Positions 30,001-43,670 of a stretch of 64,000 nt of DNA are shown one piece after another. Position 1 is the first letter of the stretch. Each line of letters starts with the position of its first letter. The notes under the pieces were generated by a model. It was not told the origin of the DNA, searched no databases, and saw only the letters and a program-made list of their open reading frames with translations. The stretch is from Squalus acanthias. Lineage: Eukaryota. A program made the position numbers and the translations under genes. The stretch is taken from assembly GCA_030390025.1 (NCBI GenBank), contig CM059431.1, positions 111,106,001 to 111,170,000 on the forward strand, in the 5' to 3' direction.

Positions 30001-33000
30001 AGTATATCTGTCATTCAACAGTACACCTGTCAGTCACCAGTACATCTTTCAATCAAAAGTACAGTATCAGTCACCAGTACACCTGTCAGCCACCAATAAA
30101 CCTGCCAATCTCCAGTACACCTGTCTATCACCAGGATAACTTGTCATTCACCAGGACATCTGTCGGTCGCCAATTCACCTGTCAGTCACCAGTGCACCTT
30201 TCAGTCACCAGTACACCTGTCATTCACCAATACACCTGTCAATCACCAGGACACCTGTCATCACCAATGCACCTGTTAGTCACCAGCACAACTGTCAGTA
30301 ACCAGTACACCTGTCAGTCACCAGTACAACTGTCAGTCACCAGTACACCTGTCAGTCAACATTATAACTGTCAGTCACCAGTACATCTGTCAGTCACCAG
30401 TACACTTGTCAGTCACCAGTACACCTTTCAATCAAAAGTACAGTATCAGTCACCAGTACACCTGTAAGTCACTAATACACCTGTCATTCACTAAAACTCC
30501 TGTCAGTCCCCAGGACACCTGTCAGTCACCAATCCACCTGTCAATCACAAAGACACCTGTCAGTCACCAATTCACCTGTCAGTCACTAATACACCTGTCA
30601 GTCACCGATTCCCATGTCAGTCACCAATACACCTGTCAGTCATCAGGACACCTGCCAGCCACCAGTGCACCTGTCAGTCACAATTACACCTGTCAATCAG
30701 CAGTTCACCTGTCAGTCACCAATTGACCTGTCAGTCACCAGTAAACTTGTCAGTCATCAACACACCTGTCAGTCACCAGTACACCTGTCAGTCACCAATA
30801 AACCTGCCAATCTCCAGTACACCTGTCTGTCACCAGTATATCTGTCATTCAACAGTACACCTGTCAGTCACCAGTACATCTTTCAATCAAAAGTACAGTA
30901 TCAGTCACCAGTACACCTGTCAGTCACTAATACACCTGTCATTCACTAATACTCCTGTCAGTCCCCAGGACACCTGTCAGTCACCAATCCACCTGTCAAT
31001 CACAAAGACACCTGTCAGTCACCAATTCACCTGTCAGTCACTAATACACCTGTCAGTCACCGATTCCCATGTCAGTCACCAATACACCTGTCAGTCACCA
31101 ATTCCGATGTCTGTCACACATATACCTGTCAGTCATCAGGACACCTGCCAGCCACCAGTGCACCTGTCAGTCACAATTACACCTGTCAATCAGCAGTTCA
31201 CCTGTCAGTCACCAATTGACCTGTCAGTCACCAGTAAACTTGTCAGTCATCAACACACCTGTCAATCACCAGTACACCTGTCAGTCACCAGCACATCTGT
31301 CAGTCACAAGTATAACTGTCAGTCATGAATACACCAGTCAGTCACCCATACACCCGTCAGTCAACAGTACACCTGTCATCACCAGTACACCTGTCAGTCA
31401 CCAGTACACCTGTGAGTCACCAGTACACCTATCAGTCACCAGTACACCTGTCAGTCACCAATTCATCTGTCAGTCACCAGGAATCCTGTCAGTCACCAGT
31501 GCACCTGTTCATCACCAGTATACCTGTCAGTCACCAGGGCATCTGTCAGTCAACAGTACACCTCTCTGTCAGCAGGCCACCTGTCAGTCACCAATTCACC
31601 TGCCAGTCACGAGACTCCTGTCAGTCAGCAGTACACCGGTCAGTCAGCAGTACACCTGTCAGTCACCAATACACCTGTCAGTCACCAGGACACCTGTCAG
31701 TCACCAGTGCCCCTGTCAGTCACCATTAAACCTGTCAGTCACCAATTCACCTGTCAGTCACAAGTACACCTCTCAGTCACCAGTTCAACTCTCAGTCACC
31801 AGTACACCGTCATTCATCAGGACACCTGTGAGTCATCAGTCCACCTGTCAGTAATCAATACACCTCTCATTCACCAGGACACCTGACAGTCACCAATGCA
31901 CCTGTCAGTCACAAATGCACCTATCAGTCACCAGTACACCTGTCAGTCACAAGGACACCTGTCATTAACCAGGACACCTGTCAGTCATAAATGCACCTGT
32001 CAGTCACCAGTACACCTGTCAGTCATCAGGACACCTGTCAGTTATCATTACAGCTGCGATAACCAGTACACCTGTCAGTCACCAGTACACCTGTCAGTCA
32101 CAATTACACCTGTCTGTCACCAGTTCACCTGTCAGTCACCAATTCACCTGTCAGTCACCAGTACACCTGTCAGTCACAATTACACCTGTCTGTCACCAGT
32201 TCACCTGTCAGTCACCAATTCACCTGTCAGTCACCAGGACACCTGTCAGTCTTCAATACACCTGTCTGTCACCAGGACACCTGTCTGTCACCAGTACACC
32301 TGTCAGCCAACAGTACACCTGTCACTGACCAATTCACCTGTCAGCCACCAGTAATCCTTTCCATCACCAAAACACCTGTCAGTCACCAGGACACTGGTAA
32401 GTCACAAGTACACCTATCAGTCACCAGTTGACCTGTCAGTCACCAGTACACCTGTCAGTCACCAATTCACATGTCAGTCACCAGGACACCTGTCTGTCAC
32501 AAATACATTGTCAGTCACCAATTCACCCATCAATCACCAGGACACCTGTCATCACCAATGCACCTGTCAATCACCAGGACACCTGTCAGTCACCAATTCA
32601 CATGTCAGTCACCAGTACACCTGTCAGTCACCAGGACACCGGTCTGTCACCAGTACACCTGTCTGTCACCAATTCACCTGTCTGTCACCAGGACACCTGT
32701 CTGTCAGCAGTACACCTGTCAATCACCAGGACACCTGTCTGTCACCAGTTCACCTGTCTGTCACCAGTTCACCTGTCAGTCACCAGGACACCTGTCAGTC
32801 ATCAATACACACGACAGTCACCAGTACACCCGACAGTCATCAGTACACCGTCTGTCACCAGGACACCTGTCATTCACCAATACACTTGCCATTCACCAGG
32901 ACATCTGTCAGTCACCAATTCACCTGTCAGTCACCAGGGCACCTGTCAGGCACCAGGACACCTGTCAGTCACCAGGACACCTGTCAGTCACCAGGACACA

Positions 33001-36000
33001 TGTCAGTCACCAGGACACATGTCAGTCACCAGGACACATGTCAGTCACCAGGACACATGTCAGTCACCAGTACACCTGTCAATCACCAGGACACCTGTCA
33101 TCACCAATGCACCTATCAATCACCAGGACACCTGTCATCACCAATGCACCTGTCAGTCACAAATGCACCTGTCAGTCACCAGTACATCTTCCAATCAAAA
33201 GTACAGTATCAGTCACCAATAAACCTGCCAATCTCCAGTACACCTGTCTGTCACCAGTATAACTTGTCATTCACCGGGACATCTGTCGGTCACCAGGACA
33301 CCTGTCAGTCACCAGGACACCTGTCAGTCACCAGGACACCTGTCAGTCACCAGGACACCTGTCAGTCACCAGGACACCTGTCAGTCACCAGGACACCTTT
33401 GAGTCATCAGGACACCTGTGAGTCACAAGGACACCTGTGAGTCACAAGGACACCTGTGAGTCACAAGTACACCTTTCCGTCATCAGGACACCTGCCAGTC
33501 ACCAGTACACCTGTCAGTCACCAGGACACCTGTCAGTTATCATTACAGCTGTCAGTCACCAGTACACCTGTCAGTCACAATTACACCTGTCTGTCACCAG
33601 TTCACCTGTCAGTCACCAATTCACCTGTCAGTCACCAGGACACCTGTCAGTCACCAGTACACCTGTCAGTCACCAGTACACCTGTCAGTCATCAGGACAC
33701 CTGTCAGTTATCATTACAGCTGCGATAACCAGTACACCTGTCAGTCACCAGTACACCTGTCAGTCACAATTACACCTGTCTGTCACCAGTTCACCTGTCA
33801 GTCACCAATTCACCTGTCAGTCACCAGTACACCTGTCAGTCACAATTACACCTGTCTGTCACCAGTTCACCTGTCAGTCACCAATTCACCTGTCAGTCAC
33901 CAGGACACCTGTCAGTCTTCAATACACCTGTCTGTCACCAGGACACCTGTCTGTCACCAGTACACCTGTCAGCCAACAGTACACCTGTCACTGACCAATT
34001 CACCTGTCAGCCACCAGTAATCCTTTCCATCACCAAAACACCTGTCAGTCACCAGGACACTGGTAAGTCACAAGTACACCTATCAGTCACCAATTCACAT
34101 GTCAGTCACCAGGACACCTGTCTGTCACAAATACATTGTCAGTCACCAATTCACCCATCAATCACCAGGACACCTGTCATCACCAATGCACCTGTCAATC
34201 ACCAGGACACCTGTCAGTCACCAATTCACATGTCAGTCACCAGTACACCTGTCAGTCACCAGGACACCGGTCTGTCACCAGTACACCTGTCTGTCACCAA
34301 TTCACCTGTCAGTCACCAGGACACCTGTCTGTCACCAGGACACCTGTCTGTCAGCAGTACACCTGTCAATCACCAGGACACCTGTCTGTCACCAGTTCAC
34401 CTGTCTGTCACCAGTTCACCTGTCTGTCACCAGTTCACCTGTCAGTCACCAGGACACCTGTCAGTCATCAATACACACGACAGTCACCAGTACACCCGAC
34501 AGTCATCAGTACACCGTCTGTCACCAGGACACCTGTCATTCACCAATACACTTGCCATTCACCAGGACATCTGTCAGTCACCAATTCACCTGTCAGTCAC
34601 CAGGGCACCTGTCAGTCACCAGGACACCTGTCAGTCACCAGGACACCTGTCAGTCACCAGGACACATGTCAGTCACCAGTACACCTGTCAATCACCAGGA
34701 CACCTGTCATCACCAATGCACCTGTCAATCACCAGGACACCTGTCATCACCAATGCACCTGTCAGTCACAAATGCACCTGTCAGTCACCAGTACATCTTC
34801 CAATCAAAAGTACAGTATCAGTCACCAATAAACCTGCCAATCTCCAGTACACCTGTCTGTCACCAGTATAACTTGTCATTCACCGGGACATCTGTCGGTC
34901 ACCAGGACACCTGTCAGTCACCAGGACACCTGTCAGTCACCAGGACACCTGTCAGTCACCAGGACACCTGTCAGTCACCAGGACACCTGTCAGTCACCAG
35001 GACACCTGTCAGTCACCAGGACACCTGTCAGTCACCAGGACACCTGTCAGTCACCAGGACACCTTTGAGTCATCAGGACACCTGTGAGTCACAAGGACAC
35101 CTGTGAGTCACAAGTACACCTTTCCATCATCAGGACACCTGCCAGTCACCAGTACACCTGTCAGTCACCAGGACACCTGTCAGTTATCATTACAGCTGTC
35201 AGTCACCAGTACACCTGTCAGTCACAATTACACCTGTCTGTCACCAGTTCACCTGTCAGTCACCAATTCACCTGTCAGTCACCAGGACACCTGTCAGTCT
35301 TCAATACACCTGTCTGTCACCAGGACACCTGTCTGTCACCAGGACACCTGTCAGCCAACAGTACACCTGTCACTGACCAATTCACCTGTCAGCCACCAGT
35401 AATCCTTTCCATCACCAAAACACCTGTCAGTCACCATTTCACCTGTCAGTCACCAGGACACCGGTCAGTCACAAGTACACCTGTCAGTCACCAGTTCACC
35501 TGTCAGTCACCAGTACACCTGTCAGTCACCAGGACACCTGTCAGTCACCAGGACACCTGTCTGTCACAAATACACCTGTCAGTCACCAATTCACCCATCA
35601 ATTACCAGGACACCTGTCATCACCAATGCACCTGACAATCACCAGGACACCTGTCAGTCACCAATTCACACGTCAGTCATCAATACACCTGTCAATCACC
35701 AGGCCAATTGTCAGTCACCAATTCACCTGTCAGTTACCAGTACACCTCTCAGTCATCAATACACCTGTCATTCACTAATACACCTGTCAGTCACCAGGAC
35801 ACCTGTCAGTCACCAGTACACCTGTGAGTCACCAGTACACCTATCAGTCACCAGTACACCTGTCAGTCACCAGTACACCTCTCAGTCATCAATACACCTG
35901 TCATTCACTAATACACCTGTCAGTCACCAGTGCACCTGTCAGTCACCAATACACCTGTCAGTCGCCAGTACACCTGTCAGTCGCCAGTACACCTGTCAGT

Positions 36001-39000
36001 CACCAATTCACCTCCCAGTCACCAGGAATCCTGTCAGTCACCAGTGCACCTGTCAATCACCAGGCCAATTGGCAGTCATCAATACACCTGTCAGTCATCA
36101 GTATACCTGTCTGGCATCAGGGCACCTGTCAGTCACCAATTCACCTGTCAGTCACCAGGACTCCTGTCAGTCAGCAGTACACCTGTCAGTCAGCAGTACA
36201 CCTGTCTGTCACCAATTCACCTGTCAGTCACCAGGACACCTGTCTGTCACCAGGACACCTGTCTGTCAGCAGTACACCTGTCAATCACCAGGACACCTGT
36301 CTGTCACCAGTTCACCTGTCTGTCACCAGTTCACCTGTCTGTCACCAGTTCACCTGTCAGTCACCAGGACACCTGTCAGTCATCAATACACACGACAGTC
36401 ACCAGTACACCCGACAGTCATCAGTACACCGTCTGTCACCAGGACACCTGTCATTCACCAATACACTTGCCATTCACCAGGACATCTGTCAGTCACCAAT
36501 TCACCTGTCAGTCACCAGGGCACCTGTCAGTCACCAGGACACCTGTCAGTCACCAGGACACCTGTCAGTCACCAGGACACATGTCAGTCACCAGTACACC
36601 TGTCAATCACCAGGACACCTGTCATCACCAATGCACCTGTCAATCACCAGGACACCTGTCATCACCAATGCACCTGTCAGTCACAAATGCACCTGTCAGT
36701 CACCAGTACATCTTCCAATCAAAAGTACAGTATCAGTCACCAATAAACCTGCCAATCTCCAGTACACCTGTCTGTCACCAGTATAACTTGTCATTCACCG
36801 GGACATCTGTCGGTCACCAGGACACCTGTCAGTCACCAGGACACCTGTCAGTCACCAGGACACCTGTCAGTCACCAGGACACCTGTCAGTCACCAGGACA
36901 CCTGTCAGTCACCAGGACACCTGTCAGTCACCAGGACACCTGTCAGTCACCAGGACACCTGTCAGTCACCAGGACACCTTTGAGTCATCAGGACACCTGT
37001 GAGTCACAAGGACACCTGTGAGTCACAAGTACACCTTTCCATCATCAGGACACCTGCCAGTCACCAGTACACCTGTCAGTCACCAGGACACCTGTCAGTT
37101 ATCATTACAGCTGTCAGTCACCAGTACACCTGTCAGTCACAATTACACCTGTCTGTCACCAGTTCACCTGTCAGTCACCAATTCACCTGTCAGTCACCAG
37201 GACACCTGTCAGTCTTCAATACACCTGTCTGTCACCAGGACACCTGTCTGTCACCAGGACACCTGTCAGCCAACAGTACACCTGTCACTGACCAATTCAC
37301 CTGTCAGCCACCAGTAATCCTTTCCATCACCAAAACACCTGTCAGTCACCATTTCACCTGTCAGTCACCAGGACACCGGTCAGTCACAAGTACACCTGTC
37401 AGTCACCAGTTCACCTGTCAGTCACCAGTACACCTGTCAGTCACCAGGACACCTGTCAGTCACCAGGACACCTGTCTGTCACAAATACACCTGTCAGTCA
37501 CCAATTCACCCATCAATTACCAGGACACCTGTCATCACCAATGCACCTGACAATCACCAGGACACCTGTCAGTCACCAATTCACACGTCAGTCATCAATA
37601 CACCTGTCAATCACCAGGCCAATTGTCAGTCACCAATTCACCTGTCAGTTACCAGTACACCTCTCAGTCATCAATACACCTGTCATTCACTAATACACCT
37701 GTCAGTCACCAGGACACCTGTCAGTCACCAGTACACCTGTGAGTCACCAGTACACCTATCAGTCACCAGTACACCTGTCAGTCACCAGTACACCTCTCAG
37801 TCATCAATACACCTGTCATTCACTAATACACCTGTCAGTCACCAGTGCACCTGTCAGTCACCAATACACCTGTCAGTCGCCAGTACACCTGTCAGTCGCC
37901 AGTACACCTGTCAGTCACCAATTCACCTCCCAGTCACCAGGAATCCTGTCAGTCACCAGTGCACCTGTCAATCACCAGGCCAATTGGCAGTCATCAATAC
38001 ACCTGTCAGTCATCAGTATACCTGTCTGGCATCAGGGCACCTGTCAGTCACCAATTCACCTGTCAGTCACCAGGACTCCTGTCAGTCAGCAGTACACCTG
38101 TCAGTCAGCAGTACACCTGTCAGTCAGCAGTACAGCTGTCTGTCACCAGAACACCAGTCAGTCATCAATACACCTGTCAGTCACCAGGACTCATGTCAGT
38201 CACCAGGACACCTGTCAGTCACCAGTACATCTTTCAATCAAAAGTACAGTATCAGTCACCATTACACCTGTCAGTCACTAATACACCTGTCATTCACTAA
38301 TACACCTGTCTGTCACCAGGTCACCTGTCAGTCATTAATTCACCTGTCAGTTACCAGTACAGCTGCCAGTCATCAATACACCTGTTAATCACCAGGCCAA
38401 TTGTCAGTCACCAATTCACCTGTCAGTTACCAGTACACCTGTCAGTCACCAATAAACCTGCCAATCTCCAGTACACCTGTCTGTCACCAGTATATCTGTC
38501 ATTCACCAATACACCTGTCAATCACCAGGACACCTGTCATCACCAATGCACCTGTCAGTCACCAGCACAACTGTCAGTCACCAGTACAGCTGTCAGTAAC
38601 CAGTACACCTGTCAGTCACCAGTACACCTGTCAGTCACCAGTACACCTGTCAGTCAACATTATAACTGTCAGTCACCAGTACACCTTTCAATCAAAAGTA
38701 CAGTACCAGTCACCAGTACACCTGTCAGTCACTAATACACCTGTCATTCACTAATACACCTGTCAGTCCCCAGGACACCTGTCAGTCACCAATTCACCTG
38801 TCAGTCACCAATAAACCTGTCAGTCACCAATTCCCATGTCAGTCACACGTATACCTGTCAGTCATCAGGACACTTGCCAGCCACCAGTGCACCTGTCAGT
38901 CACAATTACACTTGTCACTCACCAGTACACCTGTCAGTCATCAACACACCTGTCAATCAGCAGTTCACCTGTCAGTCACCAGTAAACCTGTCAGTCATCA

Positions 39001-42000
39001 ATTCACCTGCCAATCACCAGTACACCTGTCAGTCACCAGGTCATCTGTCAGTCACAAGTATAACTGTCAGTCATGAATACACCCGTCAGTCACCAGTACA
39101 CCTGTCAGTCACCAGTACACCTGTCAGTCACCAGGACACCTTTCCGTCACCAGTACCCCTGTCAGTCACCAATTCACCGGCCAGTCACCAGGAATCCTGT
39201 CAGTCACCAGGTCACCTGTCAGTCATCAATACACCTGTCAGTCACCAGGACATCTGTCAGTCACCAGTACACCTGTCAGTCACCAGGACACCTTTCAGTC
39301 ACCAGTACCCCTGTCAGTCACCAATTCACCGGCCAGTCACCAGGAATCCTGTCAGTCACCAGGTCACCTGTCAGTCATCAATACACCTGTCAGTCACCAG
39401 GACATCTGTCAGTCACCAGTGCACCTGTCAGTCACCAATACACCTGTCTGTCACCAGGCCACCTGTCAGTCACCAATTCACCTGTCAGTTACCAGTACAC
39501 CTGTCAGTCACCAGTACACCTGTCAGTCACCAATACACCTGTCAATCACCAGGCCAATTGTCAGTCACCAATTCACCTGTCAGTTACCAGTACACCTGGC
39601 AGTCATCAATACACCTGTCAGTCACCAGTATACCTGTCAGGCACCAGGGCACCTGTCAGTCACCAGGACTCCTCTCAGTCAGCAGTACAACTGTCTGTCA
39701 CCAGAACACCTGTCAGTCACCAATACACCTGTCAGTCACCTGGACTCATGTCAGTCACCAGGACACCTGTCAGTCATCAATACACCTGTCAGTCACCAGG
39801 ACAACTGTCAGTCACCAGTACATCTTTCAATCAAAAGTACAGTATCAGTCACCAGTACACCTGTCAGTCACTAATACACCTGTCATTCACTAATACACCT
39901 GTCTGTCACCAGGTCACCTGTCAGTCACCAATTCACCTGTCAGTTACCAGTACACCTCTCAGTCATCAATACACCTGTCAGTCACAATTACAATTGTCAC
40001 TCACCAGTACACCTGTCAGTCACCAATTGACCTGTCAGTCAACAGTAAACCTGTCATTCACTAATACACCTGTCAGTCACCAGGACACCTGTCAGTCACC
40101 AGTACACCTGTGAGTCACCAGGACACCTGTCAGTCACCAGTACACCTGTCAGTCACCAGGACACCTGTCAGTCACCAGGACACCTGTCAGTCTCCAGTAC
40201 ACCTGTCAGTCACCAGTACACCTATCAGTCACCAGTACACCTGTCAGTCACCAATTCATCTGCCAGTCACCAGGACTCCTGTCAGTCACCAGTGCACCTG
40301 TCACATCACCAATACACCTGTCAGTCACGAGGACTCCTGTCAGTCAGCAGTCCACCTGTCAGTCACCAATACACCTGTCAGTCACCAGGACTCATGTCAG
40401 TCACCAGGACACTTGTCAGTCATCAATACACCTGTCAGTCACCAGGACACCTGTCAGTCACCAGTGCACCTGTCAGTCACCAGTACAACTGTCAGTCACC
40501 AATTCACGTGTCAATCACAAAGACACCTGTCAGTCACCAATTCCCATGTCAGTCACGAGGACACCTGTCAGTCATCAGGACACCTGCCAGTCAGCAGTGC
40601 ACCTGTCAGTCTCAATTACACCTGTCAGTCCCCAGTGCACCTGTCAGTCAACAATGCACCTGTCAATCTCAAATGCACCTGTCAGTCACCAACGCACTTG
40701 TCAATCTCAAATGCACCTGTCAGTCACCAATGCACTTGTCAATCTCAAATGCACCTGTCAGTCACCAATGCACCTGTCAATCTCAAATGTACCTGTCAGT
40801 CACCAATGCACCTGTCAATCTCAAATGCACCTGTCAGTCACCAGTAGATCTGTCAGTCACCAGTACACCTTTCAGTCACCAATTCACCTGTCAGTCACCG
40901 GGACACCTGTCAGTCACCAGTACACCTGTCAGTAACCAATTGACCTGTCAGTCACCAGTACACCTTTCAGTGACCAGTACAGCTGTCAATCACCAATACC
41001 CCTATAATTCACTGGTACACCTGTCAGTCACCAGAACGCCTTTCAGTCACCAATACACCTGTCAATCATCAGGACACCTGTCAGTCACCAATGCACCTGT
41101 CATTCACAAATGCACCTGTCAGTCACCAGTACACCTGGCATTCATCAAAACACCTGTCTATCACCAATTCACCTGTCAGTCACCAGGACACCTGTAAGTC
41201 AGCAGTACACCTGTCAGTCAACAGTACAGCTGTCAGTCACCAATACACCTGCCAATCACTAGTACACCTGTCATTCACCCGTGCACCCGTCAGTCACAAA
41301 TGCACCTGTCAGTCACCACAGCACTTTTCAGTGACCAATACATCTGTCTGTCAATAGTACACCTGTCAGTCACCAATCCACCTGTCAATCACAAAGACAC
41401 CTGTCAGTCACCAATTCACCTGTCAGTCACTAATACACCTGTCAGTCACCGATTCCCATGTCAGTCACCAATACACCTGTCAGTCACCAATTCCCATGTC
41501 AGTCACCAATACACCTGTCAGTCACCAATTCCCATGTCAGTCACACGTATACCTGTCAGTCATCAGGACACCTGCCAGCCACCAGTGCACCTGTCAGTCA
41601 CAATTACACTTGTCACTCACCAGTACACCTGTCAGTCAACAATTGACCTGTCAGTCACCAGTAAACCTGTCAGTCACCAATTCACCTGTCAGTCACCAGG
41701 ACACCTGTCAGTCACCTGTACACCTGTGAGTCACCAGGACACCTGTCAGTCACCAGTACCCCTGTCAGTCACCAGTACACCTGTCAGTCACCAGTACACC
41801 TGTCAGTCACCAGTACACCTGTCAGTCACCAGTACACCTGTCAGTCACCAGTACACCTGTCAGTCACCAGTGCACCTGTCAGTCACCAGTACACCTGTCT
41901 GTCACCAATTCACCTGTCTGTCACCATGTCACCTGACAGTCACCAATTCACCTGTCAGTTACCAGTACACCTGTCAGTCATCAATATACCTGTCAGTCAC

Positions 42001-43641
42001 CAGGACATCTATCAGTCACCAGTGCACCTGTCAGTCACCAATACACCTGTCAGTTACCAGTACACCTATCAGTCATCAATACACCTGTCAAACACCAGGC
42101 CAATTGTCAGTCACCAATTCAACTGTCAGTCATCAATACACCTGTCAGTCACCAGCATACCTGTCAGTCACCAGGGCACCTGTCAGTCAGCAGTACACCT
42201 GTCAGTTAGCAGTACACCTGTCAGGCACCAGAACACCTGTCAGTCACCAATACACCTGTCAGTCACCAGGACACCTGACAGTCACCAGTGCACCTGTCAG
42301 TCACCAGTACACCTGTCAGTCACCAAGAAACCTGTCAGTCACCAATCCACCTGTCAATCACAAAGACACCCGTCAGTCACCAATTCCCATGTCAGTCACC
42401 AGTACACCTGTCAGTCATCAGGACACCTGCCAGTCACCAGTGCACCTGTCAGTCTCAATTACACCTGTCAGTCACCAGTGCACCTGTCAGTCACAATTAC
42501 ACCTGTCACTCACAATTACACCTGTCAGTCATCAACACACCTGTCAATCAGCAGGACACCTGTCAGTCACCAATGCACCTGTCAATCTCAAATGCACCTG
42601 TCAGTCACCAATGCACCTGTCAATCTCAAATACACCTGTCAGTCACCAATGCACCTGTCAATCTCAAATGCACCTGCCAGTCACCAGTAGATCTGTCAGT
42701 CACCAGTACACCTTTCAGTCACCAATTCATCTGTCAGTCACCGGGACACCTGTCAGTCACCAGTACACCTGTCAGTAACCAATTGACCTGTCAGTCACCA
42801 GTACACCTTTCAGTGACCAGTACAGCTGTCAATCACCAATACCCCTATAATTCACTGGTACACCTGTCAGTCACCAGAACGCCTTTCAGTCACCAATACA
42901 TCTGACAATCACCAGGACACCTGTCAGTCACCAATGCACCTGTCAGTCACAAATGCACCTGTCAGTCACCACAGCACTTTTCAGTCACCAATACATCTGT
43001 CTGTCAACAGTAAACCTGTCAGTCACCATTTCACCTGTCAGTCACAAAGACACCTGCCAGTTACCAGTACACCTGTCAGTCACCAGTACACGTATCAGTC
43101 ACTAATACAACTACCAGTCACCCAGTCACCTGTCAGTCACCAGTATATCTGTCAGTCAACAGTACATTTGTCAGTCACTAGTACACCTGTCAGTCACCAG
43201 TACACCTGTCAGTCACCAGGACACCTGTCAGTCAACAATTCACCTGTCAGTCACCAGTACACCTGTCAGTCACCAGTACACCTGGCAGTAACCAATTCAC
43301 CTGTCAGTTACCAGGACACCTGTCAGTCACCAGGACACCTGTCAGTCATCAGTACACCTGACAGTCACCAATTCCCATGTCAGTCACTAATACACCTGTC
43401 AGTCACCAGTACACCTGTCAGTCACCTATTCACCTGTCAGTCACCAATTCCCATGTCAGTCACCAATACACCTGTCAGTCACCAATACACCTGTCAGTCA
43501 CCAGGACACCTGGCAGTAACCAATTCACCTGTCAGTTACCAGGACACCTGTCAGTCACCAGTACACCTGTCTGTCACCAGGACACCTGTCACTCACCAGT
43601 ACACCTGTCAGTCACCAGGACACCTGTCAGTCACCAGTACA
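1..43641. repeat. 19-bp tandem satellite/minisatellite array with higher-order structure (about 2300 monomers, continues beyond the left edge)
   Basis: Continuous head-to-tail copies of CACCTGTCAGTCACC plus a variable 4-nt end (AGTA, AGGA, AATT, AATA, AATG, AGTT, AGGG), with occasional 16-18 bp monomers. One orientation throughout. The last monomer CACCTGTCAGTCACCAGTAC ends at 43640 and is followed by unique sequence. Copy number is length/19, an estimate. Confidence 0.98.
34279..38121. repeat. Near-perfect 1915-bp tandem duplication inside the satellite
   Basis: Matching ORF starts at a constant 1915-bp offset (35084/36999, 35103/37018, 35824/37739, 35930/37845, 36069/37984). Private variants such as CCCATCAATTACCAGG and CCTTTCCATCATCAGG occur in both copies. 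Confidence 0.9.
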
Positions 43642-43670
43642 ATAGAAATTCTAAAAATGCTTTCTGTCAG

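Noticed and set aside
1..43641. CRISPR array
   Set aside because: The variable part is only about 4 nt from a small recurring set. There are no unique 25-45 nt spacers, no cas genes, and the context is vertebrate.
1..43641. Minus-strand TGA-rich reading as a selenoprotein or readthrough ORF
   Set aside because: The TGAs are simply the two TCA triplets of the monomer and fall in all frames. No SECIS-like element was seen.
1..43641. Telomeric repeat, V(D)J recombination signals or Ig switch region
   Set aside because: No (TTAGGG)n, no CACAGTG heptamer with a spaced nonamer, AGCT motifs are only sporadic, and no Ig/TCR segments lie nearby.
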